NCBI GenBank assembly: GCA_013911165.1
Contig: JACETR010000003.1
Span: forward strand, 170-64,169
Length of the DNA: 64,000 bases
Reading direction: 5' to 3'
From: Planctomycetota bacterium
GTDB lineage: Bacteria; Planctomycetota; UBA8108; UBA1146
In this document: positions 47,986-60,100 of the stretch, one piece after another
How the letters are laid out: every line of letters begins with the position of its first letter
Position numbering within the stretch: the first letter of the stretch is position 1
Program-made: the position numbers and the translations under genes
The notes under the pieces: generated by a model
The model's input: only the letters and a program-made list of their open reading frames with translations
Told to the model about the DNA's origin: nothing
The model's database searches: none

Positions 47986-48011
47986 CCGGGCAACCCGAAA
48001 GGGTTGCCCGG
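47986..48011 (+). other. Stable 11-bp GAAA-tetraloop hairpin between giant genes 2 and 3, with no U-tract
   Basis: ccgggcaaccc (47986-47996), gaaa, gggttgcccgg (48001-48011). It is followed by acgaatcccc, so it is not a canonical intrinsic terminator. Confidence 0.5.
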
Positions 48012-48110
48012 ACGAATCCCCTACTCTTTCACGGCGAGTTGTGCCGTGAACAACACAACCTGGTTGACGCAAGGATCCCCCGTCTCTGCGTCATACCTAA
48101 TGGAGGTACG

Positions 48111-51100
48111 ATGTTCCCCCGTATCGCCCTTTACACAGGTGCACTCTTCTGTGTGCTGATCTTTGCTCAGGCTTCTGCCTCGGCTCAATGTCAGCCCACT
48201 GTGGACTGCAATCAAAACGGTGTCGCAGACCAATGTGATATTGATCTGGGTACAAGTGATGATTGCAATGGCAACCTGATCCCCGATGAGTGTGATCTCG
48301 AGCTCGCAACGAGTGAGGATTGCAATCTGGATGGAATCCCTGACGAGTGCAGCCCAGGCACCGCCGATCTGGTGGGCATCGGACTCGCATTTGGAGGAGG
48401 TTTCGGATCTGCCGTCGATTCCACCGCTGATTTTGCAGTGGTCGGTGCTCCCGATGATGATTTGTTGGGCACCAACACCGGATCTGCAAACATCTTCAAG
48501 CGTACCGGAACCCGCTGGGCCGAAGAGATGAAGATCTTCGGTGTGGCGGCCACATTGGAAGATCGTTTTGGAGCTGCTGTCGCCATCGAAGGTGACCTTG
48601 CAGCCATCGGCGCCCCCGGAAAACTCCAGGGTCGCGGAGCGGTCTTTCTTTATCGCAGGGTTGGCAATGGCTGGTGGAACTACGAGGGAACACTCACCGC
48701 CTTTGATGCCCCCCTTGGCGCCGCATTCGGCAGCGCCATCGCCATCGAAAATGAAACCATCTTTGTCGGAGCTCCAGGCACACTCAATGGCCTCGGTTCC
48801 GGCTCTGTTTACGTCTTTACCCATGAAAGTGGCATGTGGTTACAGGATCAGAAGTTGGAATCTGATCAGTTGACCGATGGGGACATGCTGGGTTGCTCGA
48901 TTGCTGTTCACGGAGGAACCGTGGCCATCGGTGCACCGGGTCACGAATCCGGTGGTGTAACCAACTCAGGAAGCGTTCTGATCTTTGAGGAATCCGCAGG
49001 TATCTACACTGAGAGTTTGATGCTGAGTGCAGAGACTCCCAGCCCGTTTGCGACCTTTGGATACTCTTTGGATGTCAATCATGACCATCTCTTGGTGGGA
49101 GCACCCGGTGAGAATGTTGACAGTGGTGCAGCCTATCTGCACAACCGCCTCGCCAGCATGTGGATTAACCAGCAAAAAATTGAACCCGAAGATATTGATG
49201 AGAGTGGTCTCTTTGGAGCCGACGTGGGGCTGGATGTCAAAACAGCCGTGATCAGCGCTCCTGCCGCAGGATCTGATCAGGGTCAGGTGGTGATCTACAG
49301 AAAGTCGGGTCTCGACTGGATCAAGGAAGCCCCCCTGAGTCCTGTCTCCGATCGAATCGCGGGAGATTTCTACGGAAGTTCGCTCAGTTGCCAACTTCCT
49401 TTCCTGATCGTCGGAAGTTCAGGAGACAGCAGCGGTAAGAGTATTTGGATCTCGGTATACAACGACTGCAATGAGAACCTTGAGGATGACATCTGTGATG
49501 TGACTCAGGGAATTGAAGCAGACTGCAACATGAACCTGATTCCTGACGCCTGTGAGATTGCCGACGGCACCAAACAGGATTGTGATGGAAATGGTGTCCC
49601 TGACGAATGCCAAATCTCTTCGGGTGAGTTGCTCGATTGCAACATGAACGGTGTTCCCGACGGTTGTGATGTCACCAGCGGATTCTCCCTGGATTGTAAT
49701 CAGGACCAGATTCCTGACGAATGCCAGGTGGATGCAGATCCCCTGTTGCCGACGATTTCCAACATGCCGAACCCTTTCAACGTCAGCACCGATCTGAATG
49801 AATGCGGAGCGGTTGTGACTTGGGACGAGCCGATTGCCACAGACAACTGCGGCATCGCTTCCCTTGAGACGACCCATCCTTCCGGGAGCTTCTTTTCCAC
49901 CGGCTTGACCATCGTGACCTACACCGCCACCGATGTCAGTGGAAACACTCGTGCAGCGATGTTCACTGTGGTGGTCACCGATGACGAGCTTCCGACCCTT
50001 ACAGGATTCCAGAATGTCGTTTCTGTGGATTCTTCAGAAGGAATCTGTGAGTTGGCCGTGAACTGGCCCGCTCCAAGCCCCGTGGACAACTGTGGAATCT
50101 TCTCAATGACTTCCACGCATCAGCCCGGTGATATCTTCCCCGTCGGTACCACGACGGTGACCTACACCCTGACTGATACCAATGGCAACGTTTCTGCCAT
50201 CAATCTGGATGTTGTCGTTGTCGATACGGTAGCTCCGGAAATCAGCGGAATGCCCGCTGACATCGATCTTCTGACCGAACCAGGAATCTGCACTCGTTTG
50301 GTGGAATGGGTCGAACCGGAAGCCAGCGATGATTGCAATGTCGCGTCTTTCACTTCAAACATTGCCAGCGGCACTGTCTTTGAATTGGGGACGACCACTG
50401 TTACCTACACCGTCATCGACGGTTGGGGGAACGTGGTTTCTTCCAGCTTCAATGTCACCATCAGGGATGAAGAACTTCCTGTTTTTGCGGCAGCACCTGC
50501 CGACATCGTTTCAGGAAATGACCCCGGTGAGTGCCACGCCCAAATTTCATGGGCTCCTGCCACCGTGCAGGACAACTGCGGAGTCAATTCTGTCGTCAGC
50601 AGCCATCAGCCTGGAGATATCTTCCCGCTGGGTGATACAGAAGTGACGATTACCGCAACGGATGACAACGGTAATGTGAACCTTCATCAGTTCACAGTTT
50701 CCATCCTTGATACAGAAGCGCCGTTGATCAGCAATATTCCGGAAGACTTTGTTCTCAACAATGACCCGGCCCAGTGCTCTGCTGTGGTCAACTGGCAGCT
50801 CCCGGGAATCTCCGACAACTGTGGAATCAGTGTCTTCTCCGGTACTGCCAACTCCGGAGATGCCTTCCCCATCGGAACGACAGTGGTGGAGTACACCCTG
50901 GTCGACAACTCCGGAAATCAGACCAACGCCAACTTCAGCATCACGGTGACCGATACAGAAATGCCGATCCTGCTCGGATTGCCGCAGGATATTTCGGTCT
51001 TCAACGACCCCGGACAGTGTGGTGCCAACGTGACATGGGAAGTTCCGACTCCATGGGACAACTGTGAATTGGTCGACTTTGACGGCTCTCACGAGCCGGG

Positions 51101-54100
51101 CGCTTTCTTCCCGAAAGGCACCACAGAGGTGACCTATCTGGTCATGGATGGAATGGGTCAGGTTACAACCGGGTCTTTCGATGTCTCCGTCGATGATGAC
51201 GAAGCTCCCCAGATCAGTGGTATGCCTGCAGACAGAACCATCTCTGCAGACGCAGGCCTTTGCTCTGCCATTCACAGCTGGACGGTTCCGGTACCTTCTG
51301 ACAACTGCGAAGTGGTTTCCTTTATCGCAACCCATGAGCCGGGAGAAGCTTTCCCGGTTGGAGTGACACAGGTTTCCTACACGGTGATCGACAGTATGGG
51401 AATGACCACGACTGACCAGTTCAGCATCACGGTGGTAGACAACGAAAATCCTCAGATCATCCGCATTCCTTCTGACATGACAGTCGTTGTCGAAGAGGGG
51501 GATTGCACCATTCCGGTCAGTTGGATCGCCCCCGATTCACAGGATAACTGCGCCATCGACACTTTCAGTCTCTCGCATGCATCCGGCAGTGAGTTCCCGG
51601 TCGGATTGACCACGGTGGAGATCAACACCGCTGATATTCATGGCAACACTTCTGCAGCCAGTTTCACTGTCACCGTTCTGGATCAGGAAACTCCTGTCAT
51701 CCTCAATCTTCCCGCAGACATTTCCCTCACTTCGGATGGAGATGCATGTGGAACGACGGTGACCTGGATTGAACCCCAGGGAGCTGACAACTGTTCTGTC
51801 AGTGACCTTTCTTCAGACCAGGTGAATGGCGAGTTCTACCCGGTGGGAATCACCGTGGTGACCTACAGCATTCTGGATGCTTCCGGGAACTCGGATGAGG
51901 CCAGTTTCGCCATCGAGATTACTGACACGACTGCTCCGGCATTTGTTGAGATTCCGCAGGGAATCCAGATGTCTACAGATCCGGGTCAGTGTGGAGCCAT
52001 CGTTTCCTGGAATCCGGTGACCGCAGATGACAACTGTGAAGTAGATACGATTTCCGGATCCCATTCTTCAGGCATGTTCTTCAATACTGGCATCACCACG
52101 GTCGATTACCTGGTGACGGATATTCATGGAAACCAGACCTCCCACAGCTTTGACGTGGAGATTCTGGATCAGGAGCAGCCGCAGATTATTGGAATCGACG
52201 AGAATATCGTGATGACCAATGATGGCGGACAGTGTGGAGCAAATGTCAGCTGGGTCCAGCCTGAAGCAACCGACAACTGCCTCGTCGACAGTTTGACCCA
52301 CAGCATTCCTTCCGGAGCCTTCTTCTCCGTGGGAACGACACAGGTCTCCTACCTTGCTGTCGACAACAGTGGCAATGAAACCGTCAAATCATTCAGTGTT
52401 ACCGTTGAAGATAACGAGAAGCCCGCCTTCGTGGCGATTCCCGAGCTGGTCAGCGGAACCACCACGGAAGGAACCTGCGACGGCATCGTGAACTGGGACG
52501 AAGTGACCGGAAGTGACAATTGCCTTGTCGATTCCATCACCCTGACCCACGCCTCCGGGGATGTCTTCCCCCTTGGTGATACGACGGTGACGGCAACGAT
52601 CACCGACATTCATGGAAACATGCACACCTCTGACTTCACCGTCAGGATCGAAGATGACGAGCTTCCCCAGTTGCTGGGTACGCCCACAGACCAGTTCAAG
52701 ATCAATGATCCCGGAGAGTGTGGCGCCATCGTGGATTGGATTATCCCGGGTACGTCTGACAACTGTCAGGTTCAGATCCTCGAGGGTACTCACGTTCCAG
52801 GCAGCTTCTTTGAGCGGGGAACCACGGTTGTCAGTTACACGGTGACCGATGCTTCCGGAAATTCCTACATGGAGAGCTTCGAGGTCAACATTGTCGATCT
52901 TGAGACCCCTGAGATTCTGGGAACCCCGGCAGATATCGTGGCCGTTGCGGACACCGGTTCCTGCGGAACGAACATCTCCTGGATTGAGCCGACCTCTACC
53001 GACAACTGCTCGGTTCAGGCGTTGATCTCCAGTCACAACCCCGGTGATTTCTTCATCACTGGAACGACAGTGGTTTCCTACACTTCACAGGATCCCACTG
53101 GAAACATCACCACCACACAATTCAATGTCACCATTCTGGATGAAGAGTTCCCGACCTTTGGAACTTTCCCTGAATCGGTCACTGTCAGCAACGACGCAGA
53201 TCAGTGTGGTGCGAGTGTCAGCTGGATCGAGCCCCAGATGCTCGACAACTGCAGCATTGGCAGCAGTGGATCTGATCATCAGTCCGGAGATTTCTTCCCG
53301 ATCGGCACGACAGTGGTGACCTACGAAATCGCTGACCCCTCGGGGAATACCATCAGCGACAGCTTCAGTATCACCGTAGAGGACACACAGGCACCGGACT
53401 TCCTGACCTTTGTCAGTAGCACGGTACTTGAGAATGATCCCGGAGAATGTGGAGCGGTTCACACCTGGGGTGTGCCGGAAGTGTTTGAAAACTGTCCGGA
53501 ACTTGAAGTGGTTTCTTCGCACAACCCCGGAGACTTCTTCAACACGGGTCTGACGGTGGTCAGTTACACCGCCACGGACGGTGCCGGTCTTGTGAGCCAG
53601 TTGATGTTTACGGTGATTGTTCTGGATACCGAGAACCCCCAGATCGCGGGCATGCCGGCTGATATCACCCAGGCCACGGATCTGGATTCCTGTGGCGCCA
53701 TCGTCGATTGGGCTGCTCCCCAGGCTTCTGACAACTGTGATGTTCTGAGTTTCACTTCTGACCATGCTCCGGGAGACTTCTTCCCCAAGGGCACGACGAC
53801 CGTGACCTACAGCGTTCTTGATACGGCTGGTTTGCTCGTGACGGAGAGCTTCAATGTCACCATCCTTGATCAGCAGCTGCCCTCCATTACTGCCATGCCG
53901 CAGAGCGTGACCATCAACAGTCAAAACGGACTGTGCGGATCCATGCATGCATGGGATCTTCCTCAGTCTTCTGACAACTGTCCGGATCATGTCTTCTCTG
54001 GTTCTCACCAGCCTGGAGACTTCTTTGAGGTCGGATCGACCACTGTTGCCTACACGGCCATCGACAGTAGCGGAAATGTATCTTCTGCAGACTTTGTCGT

Positions 54101-57100
54101 GACGGTTGTGGACAATGAAAACCCTGAGATTGTTGGTGCGCCGCAGGACATGGTGATCATTGCAGACGAAGGTGTCTGCAGCATGCTTGTCATGTGGGAT
54201 GCCCCGACATTCGAAGACAACTGTGGAATTGACACCTTTGCCATTTCCCGTGAATCCGGCAGTGAGTTCCTTCTCGGAGACACACTGGTAGAAATTACCA
54301 CGACTGATATCCACGGAAACTCTTCGGCGGCCAGCTTCACTGTGACGATTCTCGACCAGGAGCTTCCGCAAGTCGTCGATCTTCCGGCGGACATGAGTGT
54401 CGAAAATGATCTCGACAGCTGTGGGGCCGTCGTTTCATGGATTGAACCGACCTCCAGCGACAACTGTGAAGTGACCTCTTTGACTGGAAATCAGATCAAT
54501 GGCGGGACCTACCCGATTGGAATCACTGTGGTGGAGTACACCGTGGTGGATTCTTCCGGAAATACGAATCTTGCCAGTTTCCAGATTGAAGTGTTGGACA
54601 CCCAGCTGCCGGAACTCTTTGCCATGCCGGACTCTGTTCTGCAGGTCAATGACGCCGGTGCATGTGGAGCAGTGATCGGCTGGGATCTTCCCCAGACTTC
54701 AGATAACTGCCCTGATCAGATTCTGACGAGCACCCATAACCCCGGAGACTTCTTCAGTGTTGGTGAGACTACGGTTTCCTACACAGTGACGGACGCTTCC
54801 GGAAACACCCGCAGCCTGAGTTTCGATATCCAGATTGTCGATCTTGAGATTCCGGTGGTGGTGGATGGTCCTCAGGACATTCTGGTTGAGGCCGAACAGG
54901 GACTGTGCGGTAGCACCATTTCCTGGATCGAGCCGACTGCGATCGACAACTGTGAAGTTTTCGATCTCAAGCCGAGTAACTACCCGGGTGAGTTCTTCGC
55001 TGTGGGTACAACGCTTGTTTCCTACACCGCCATCGATACCACCGGCAACATCGCCGTGCATGTGTTCAATGTCACGGTTGAGGATACTCAGGCTCCGATT
55101 ATCGACGGTTTGACCGGAGACATTTCCGTCAATACCGATTTCAATCAGTGTGACGCCATCGTCACATGGACTGAGCCCACCATTAGCGACAACTGCACGG
55201 TGGTCTCTGCCAATGTCGATATCTCCTCTGGAACCGCATTCCCGATTGGTACGACGACGGTCACATACACTGTGATTGATTCCGCCGGTCTCGAGACAGT
55301 CCAGAGCTTCGACGTCACGGTTTCTGACAACCAGATTCCGACATTCGAAAACATTCCCGGAAATGTGGTTCTGTCCGTGGAGCCCGGCACCTGCCAGAGC
55401 CTCCATCACTGGATTGAGCCGACGATTACAGATAACTGTCCCGGATTGACCGTGACTGCGAGCCATCAGCCAGGAGATTCGTTCCCCGTAGGCCTGACCA
55501 TCGTCAGCTACCAGGCAGCGGATGCCCATGGCCAGAGCAGGCAGATCATGTTCACCGTGGTCGTTCAGGATGACGAAAACCCAGTCCTTGCCGGTATTCC
55601 GGAAGATGTCATTCTCGAGAATGACCTGGATCAGTGTGGTGCCGTTCACCAATGGGTAGAACCGACCGCTTCGGACAACTGCGCCACGGTCGGATTCAAC
55701 ACGACTCACCCGAGCGGTTCCTTCTTTGATCTGGGAACGACGGAAGTCGTCTACTCCGTCTCTGATCCGAGTGGAAACATGGTTTCTGCCAGTTTCAATG
55801 TGACGGTGGTGGACCTTCAGCTTCCTGAGTTCGTGACGGTTCCGGAGACCGTTTCCCTGAATACCGATCCGGGTGTTTGTGGTGCGGCCCATTACTGGGA
55901 TCTGCCCAACGTCTATGACAACTGTGAAGAGATCAATCTCGCCTCCAGCCATCAGCCGGGGCACGTATTCCCGATCGGAACCACAGTGGTGACCTACACG
56001 GCGCAGGACCCGACCGGCAATGTTGTGAGTACTGATTTCTCAGTGACTGTCAGCGACTTTGAGGATCCCGACTTCGAGGGAATCCCGGGTACGATCACAG
56101 TGAACACCGAGCCGGGTCTCTGTGATGCAGCGGTCGATTGGGTTGCCCCTATTGCTGTGGATAACTGTGAAGTGCAGTCCCATTCCAGCAGCCATCAGCC
56201 GGGTGACCGCTTCGAGTTGGGTCAAACTTCTGTGATCCTTTCGGCCACAGACATCTACGGTAACGACTTTACGACCTCCTTCCTGGTGATCGTGGAAGAC
56301 CATGAACTTCCGGTGATCAGTGGAATGCCCGAATCGGTGACGATTCCCAGCATTCAGGGTTTCTGTGGTGCGTCTCACCTCTGGGATTCCCCAACCGCTT
56401 CTGATAACTGCGACACTTTGGCACCGACTGCTGATTACCTCAGTGGACACTTCTTCCCTGTTGGATCGACGACTGTGACCTACTCAGTGACCGATGAAAG
56501 CGGCAACTACACCGAGGATTCGTTCATCGTCACAGTTGAAGATGTTGAAGCACCGGTGTTTACCGCCATTAGCACAGATTACACCGTCTCTGCTGACGCT
56601 GATCAGTGTGGAACGGCAGTCATCTGGCCCGACGCAGAGGCTTCCGACAACTGCGGTGTCGACAGCATTACCTACGACAGAACAAACGGTCTGTTCCTTG
56701 AACTGGGCGACCACCCGGTCAATGTCACAGTGACAGATATTCACGGACTTCAGACCACACAACAGTTCGTCATTACCGTTGTCGATGACACGGCACCGGT
56801 GATCCACGATCTCCCCGCTGACATTCAGCTGACAGCCACCGAGGGTCAGTGTGGAGCAGTGGCTACATGGATTGAGCCGACCTCCACCGACAACTGCCCG
56901 GGCAGATTGCTGGCCAACAACATTCCGTCAGGAAGCTTCTTCCTTGTCGGTCAAACGACTGTCTCCTACGTGTCTACCGATGCCTCAGGAAATACGACGA
57001 CAGAGTCCTTCACGGTGACGGTCGAAGATGATCAGTTGCCGACCCTTGCGGGTATTCCCGACGATATCGTTGTCAGCAATGATCAGGGTATCTGTGGAGC

Positions 57101-60100
57101 CCAGGTTTCATGGACCCCGCCCGCTGCTCTGGATAACTGCGGGATTGAAACCCACGTGTCGAGTTACAACCCGGGTGACCTGTTCAATCTGGGAACGACG
57201 ACCGTGGAAATCGTCGCCACTGATTACAGTGGAAACTCCGTGACGGGCACCTTCCTGGTTACCGTCGAAGATACGGAGGCACCGGGGATTGCCAATCTTC
57301 CGGAGAACATGACCGTTGAGTCTGAGGTCGGCATGTGTGGTGCCAATGTCAGCTGGGTGGAGCCCTTCACCGTTGACAACTGTGCCACCGGAACACTGGT
57401 TTCAGACATCGCCAATGGAGCGTACCTCAATGTGGGTCTCCACCAGGTGACTTACACAGCGACCGATCTTCATGGCAACGTCACGACAGATTCGTTCTCG
57501 ATTGAAGTGGTCGACGCTGAAACCCCAATCATCCTGAGCGCACCTTCCTCTGTTGAAATCCAGGTGCAGGATGGGCTGTGCGGTTCGATTTACAGTTGGT
57601 TTGAGATTCAGGCAACCGACAACTGTGCCATCGACAGCATCACCAATAGTCATGAGAGTGGGTCTTTCTTCCCGAAAGGAACCACGCTTGTTCAGCAGAC
57701 CGTCAGTGACGCTGCAGGTAACAGTGTTTCTCATGAGTTTGAAGTGACCGTGGTCGACCACGAGGCTCCGCAGTTCAGCTCTTCGATTTCAGGGCTCAGC
57801 CTTCAGAGCGTCAGTGGTGCATGTGGAACCAGTGCTTCATGGACTGAGCCGGAGATTTCCGATAACTGTGAAATCGCCAGTTTGACCAAATCCCATGAGC
57901 CTGGAGACTTCTTCGAAGTGGGTGAAACTCTGGTGACCTACACTCTCGTCGATGGAAGTGGCAATGAGACCAGCATCGATTTCCTCGTGTCGGTTGAAGA
58001 CGTTGAGGCTCCGGTGATCTCTGGCCTTCAAAGTTCAGTTTCCGTATCCACGGATCCGGGATTCTGCGGAGCAACCGTTTACTGGGATGCTCCTGTGATC
58101 ACCGACAACTGCCTTGTTGACAACATTCTGTCTACCCATCAGCCGGGCGACTTCTTCCCGGTTGGCAACACGGTTGTGACCTACAGCGTTTCTGACAACT
58201 CTGAGTTGGTTACCACCGTTGAGTTCCTGATCACTGTTACCGACAATGAGACGCCTCAGATCAACAACATTCCTTCGATCGACCTGATCGAAACGGAGCC
58301 GGGTCTTTGCGGTGCAGTTGTTGCATGGAGTTCTCCGAGTGTGACCGACAATTGCCAAGTGACGAGCTTGACCTCAGACATCCAGAATGGAACCTTCCTG
58401 GAAATCGGTCAGCACACCATCGTCTTCACCGCCCTCGACATTCACGGTAATGAATCGACGGCCGGATTTACTGTGACGATCATTGACGGAGAGGCACCGA
58501 CGATCACCGATCTTCCCACTGTGGTCGAGGGTGTGAGGACCAGTGACAGCTGCATGGGCAGCGTTAACTGGGCAGAGCCCCTGATCAGTGATAACTGCGG
58601 AGAGTTCGCATTGGAAACGAGTCACCAGAGTGGAGATTCCTTCAACCTTGGAATCACCACGGTGACTTACACTGCCACCGATCTGCAGGGCAATACCCAA
58701 TCAGCCAGCTTCGAAGTACACATCGCGGATGTCCATGGCCCCGAGATCAGTGGCTTGCCGCTGGAAATCAGCAGCGATACGGATCCGGATTCCTGCCTGG
58801 CCATCGTGGACTGGGCTGAGGCGTCTGTAATGGATCATTGTGGCGATTTCAATCTTGAGAAAACCCACGAGCCGGGTACTGCTTTCCCCGTGGGAACCAC
58901 GGAAGTGGTTTACACCGCGACCGATCTGGCTGGAAACGTCACACAGGTCAGCTTCCCTGTGACCGTAACGGACGTTCAGGCTCCCCTGATCACGCTGATT
59001 CCCGAGGATCAGACGATTCTGGCCAATGAGGATGAGTGCACCATGATCGCCAACTGGCCAGCACCGACTGCTACCGACAACTGTGGAGTGGCGTCCATCG
59101 TCACCAGCCACAACTCTGGTGACCTTTACCCGGTCGGTGTAAATACTGTTGAGATTCTGGTGACGGACGTTCATGGAAACACCACGACCGCCTCTTTCCA
59201 GATTAACGTGATCGACAGTATTGATCCGATTCTGACCGGAGTTCCCGCAGATATCACGACGGTATCTGATCCGACAATCTGTGGTGCGGAAATCACTTGG
59301 GTCGAGCCCAACGTGATTGAGAACTGTGCTCTGCTGAAGTTGGAATCGGACTATGCACCTGGAACGATTTTCCCTGTGGGTCTGACGGTCGTGAATTACG
59401 TGGCTGTTGACCTCAGCGGCAACAGCACCTCCGCTTCTTTCACTGTCACGGTGATTGATGATGAGGCTCCGACTATCGAGATTCCTGTCCCGGTGATCGT
59501 GGATGCTCCTGAGGGCTCTTGCGAAGTCTTCGTCGAGGTTCCGCTGTTGGAGGTCTATGACCGCTGTGGTGTTTCCCAAATCACCAACAGCTTCAACGGT
59601 ACAGCTGATGCTTCGGGGATTTACCCCCGTGGTGAAACCCTGATCCTCTGGTCGGTCAGTGACGAGAGTGGAAACATTTCGACGATCACTGGAGTGGTCA
59701 GTGTTCAGGTCAGTGGACCGGACTGTAATGCCAATGGTGTCCCCGACGTGTGCGATATCGCAGAAGACATTTCCACAGACTGTAACCAGGATGGCATTCC
59801 TGACGAGTGCCAGGCTGACTGCGACGACGATGGCATTCTCGACGTCTGTGAAATCACTCAGGGACTCGTCCTCGACTGTGATTTGGATGGAGTGCCCGAC
59901 GATTGTCAGATCGCTTCTGGAATCGCAGCGGACTGTGACGGTGACGGACTGATCGACTCTTGCGAGATTCTGACCGGATCTGGTCTCGACTGTGACAACA
60001 GCGGGGTTCTGGATTCGTGTGAGATTGCGCAGGGTACTGTTGCGGATTGCAACAACAACGGTCAGCCGGACCTTTGCGACATTGCTCTGGGAGTCGAAAG

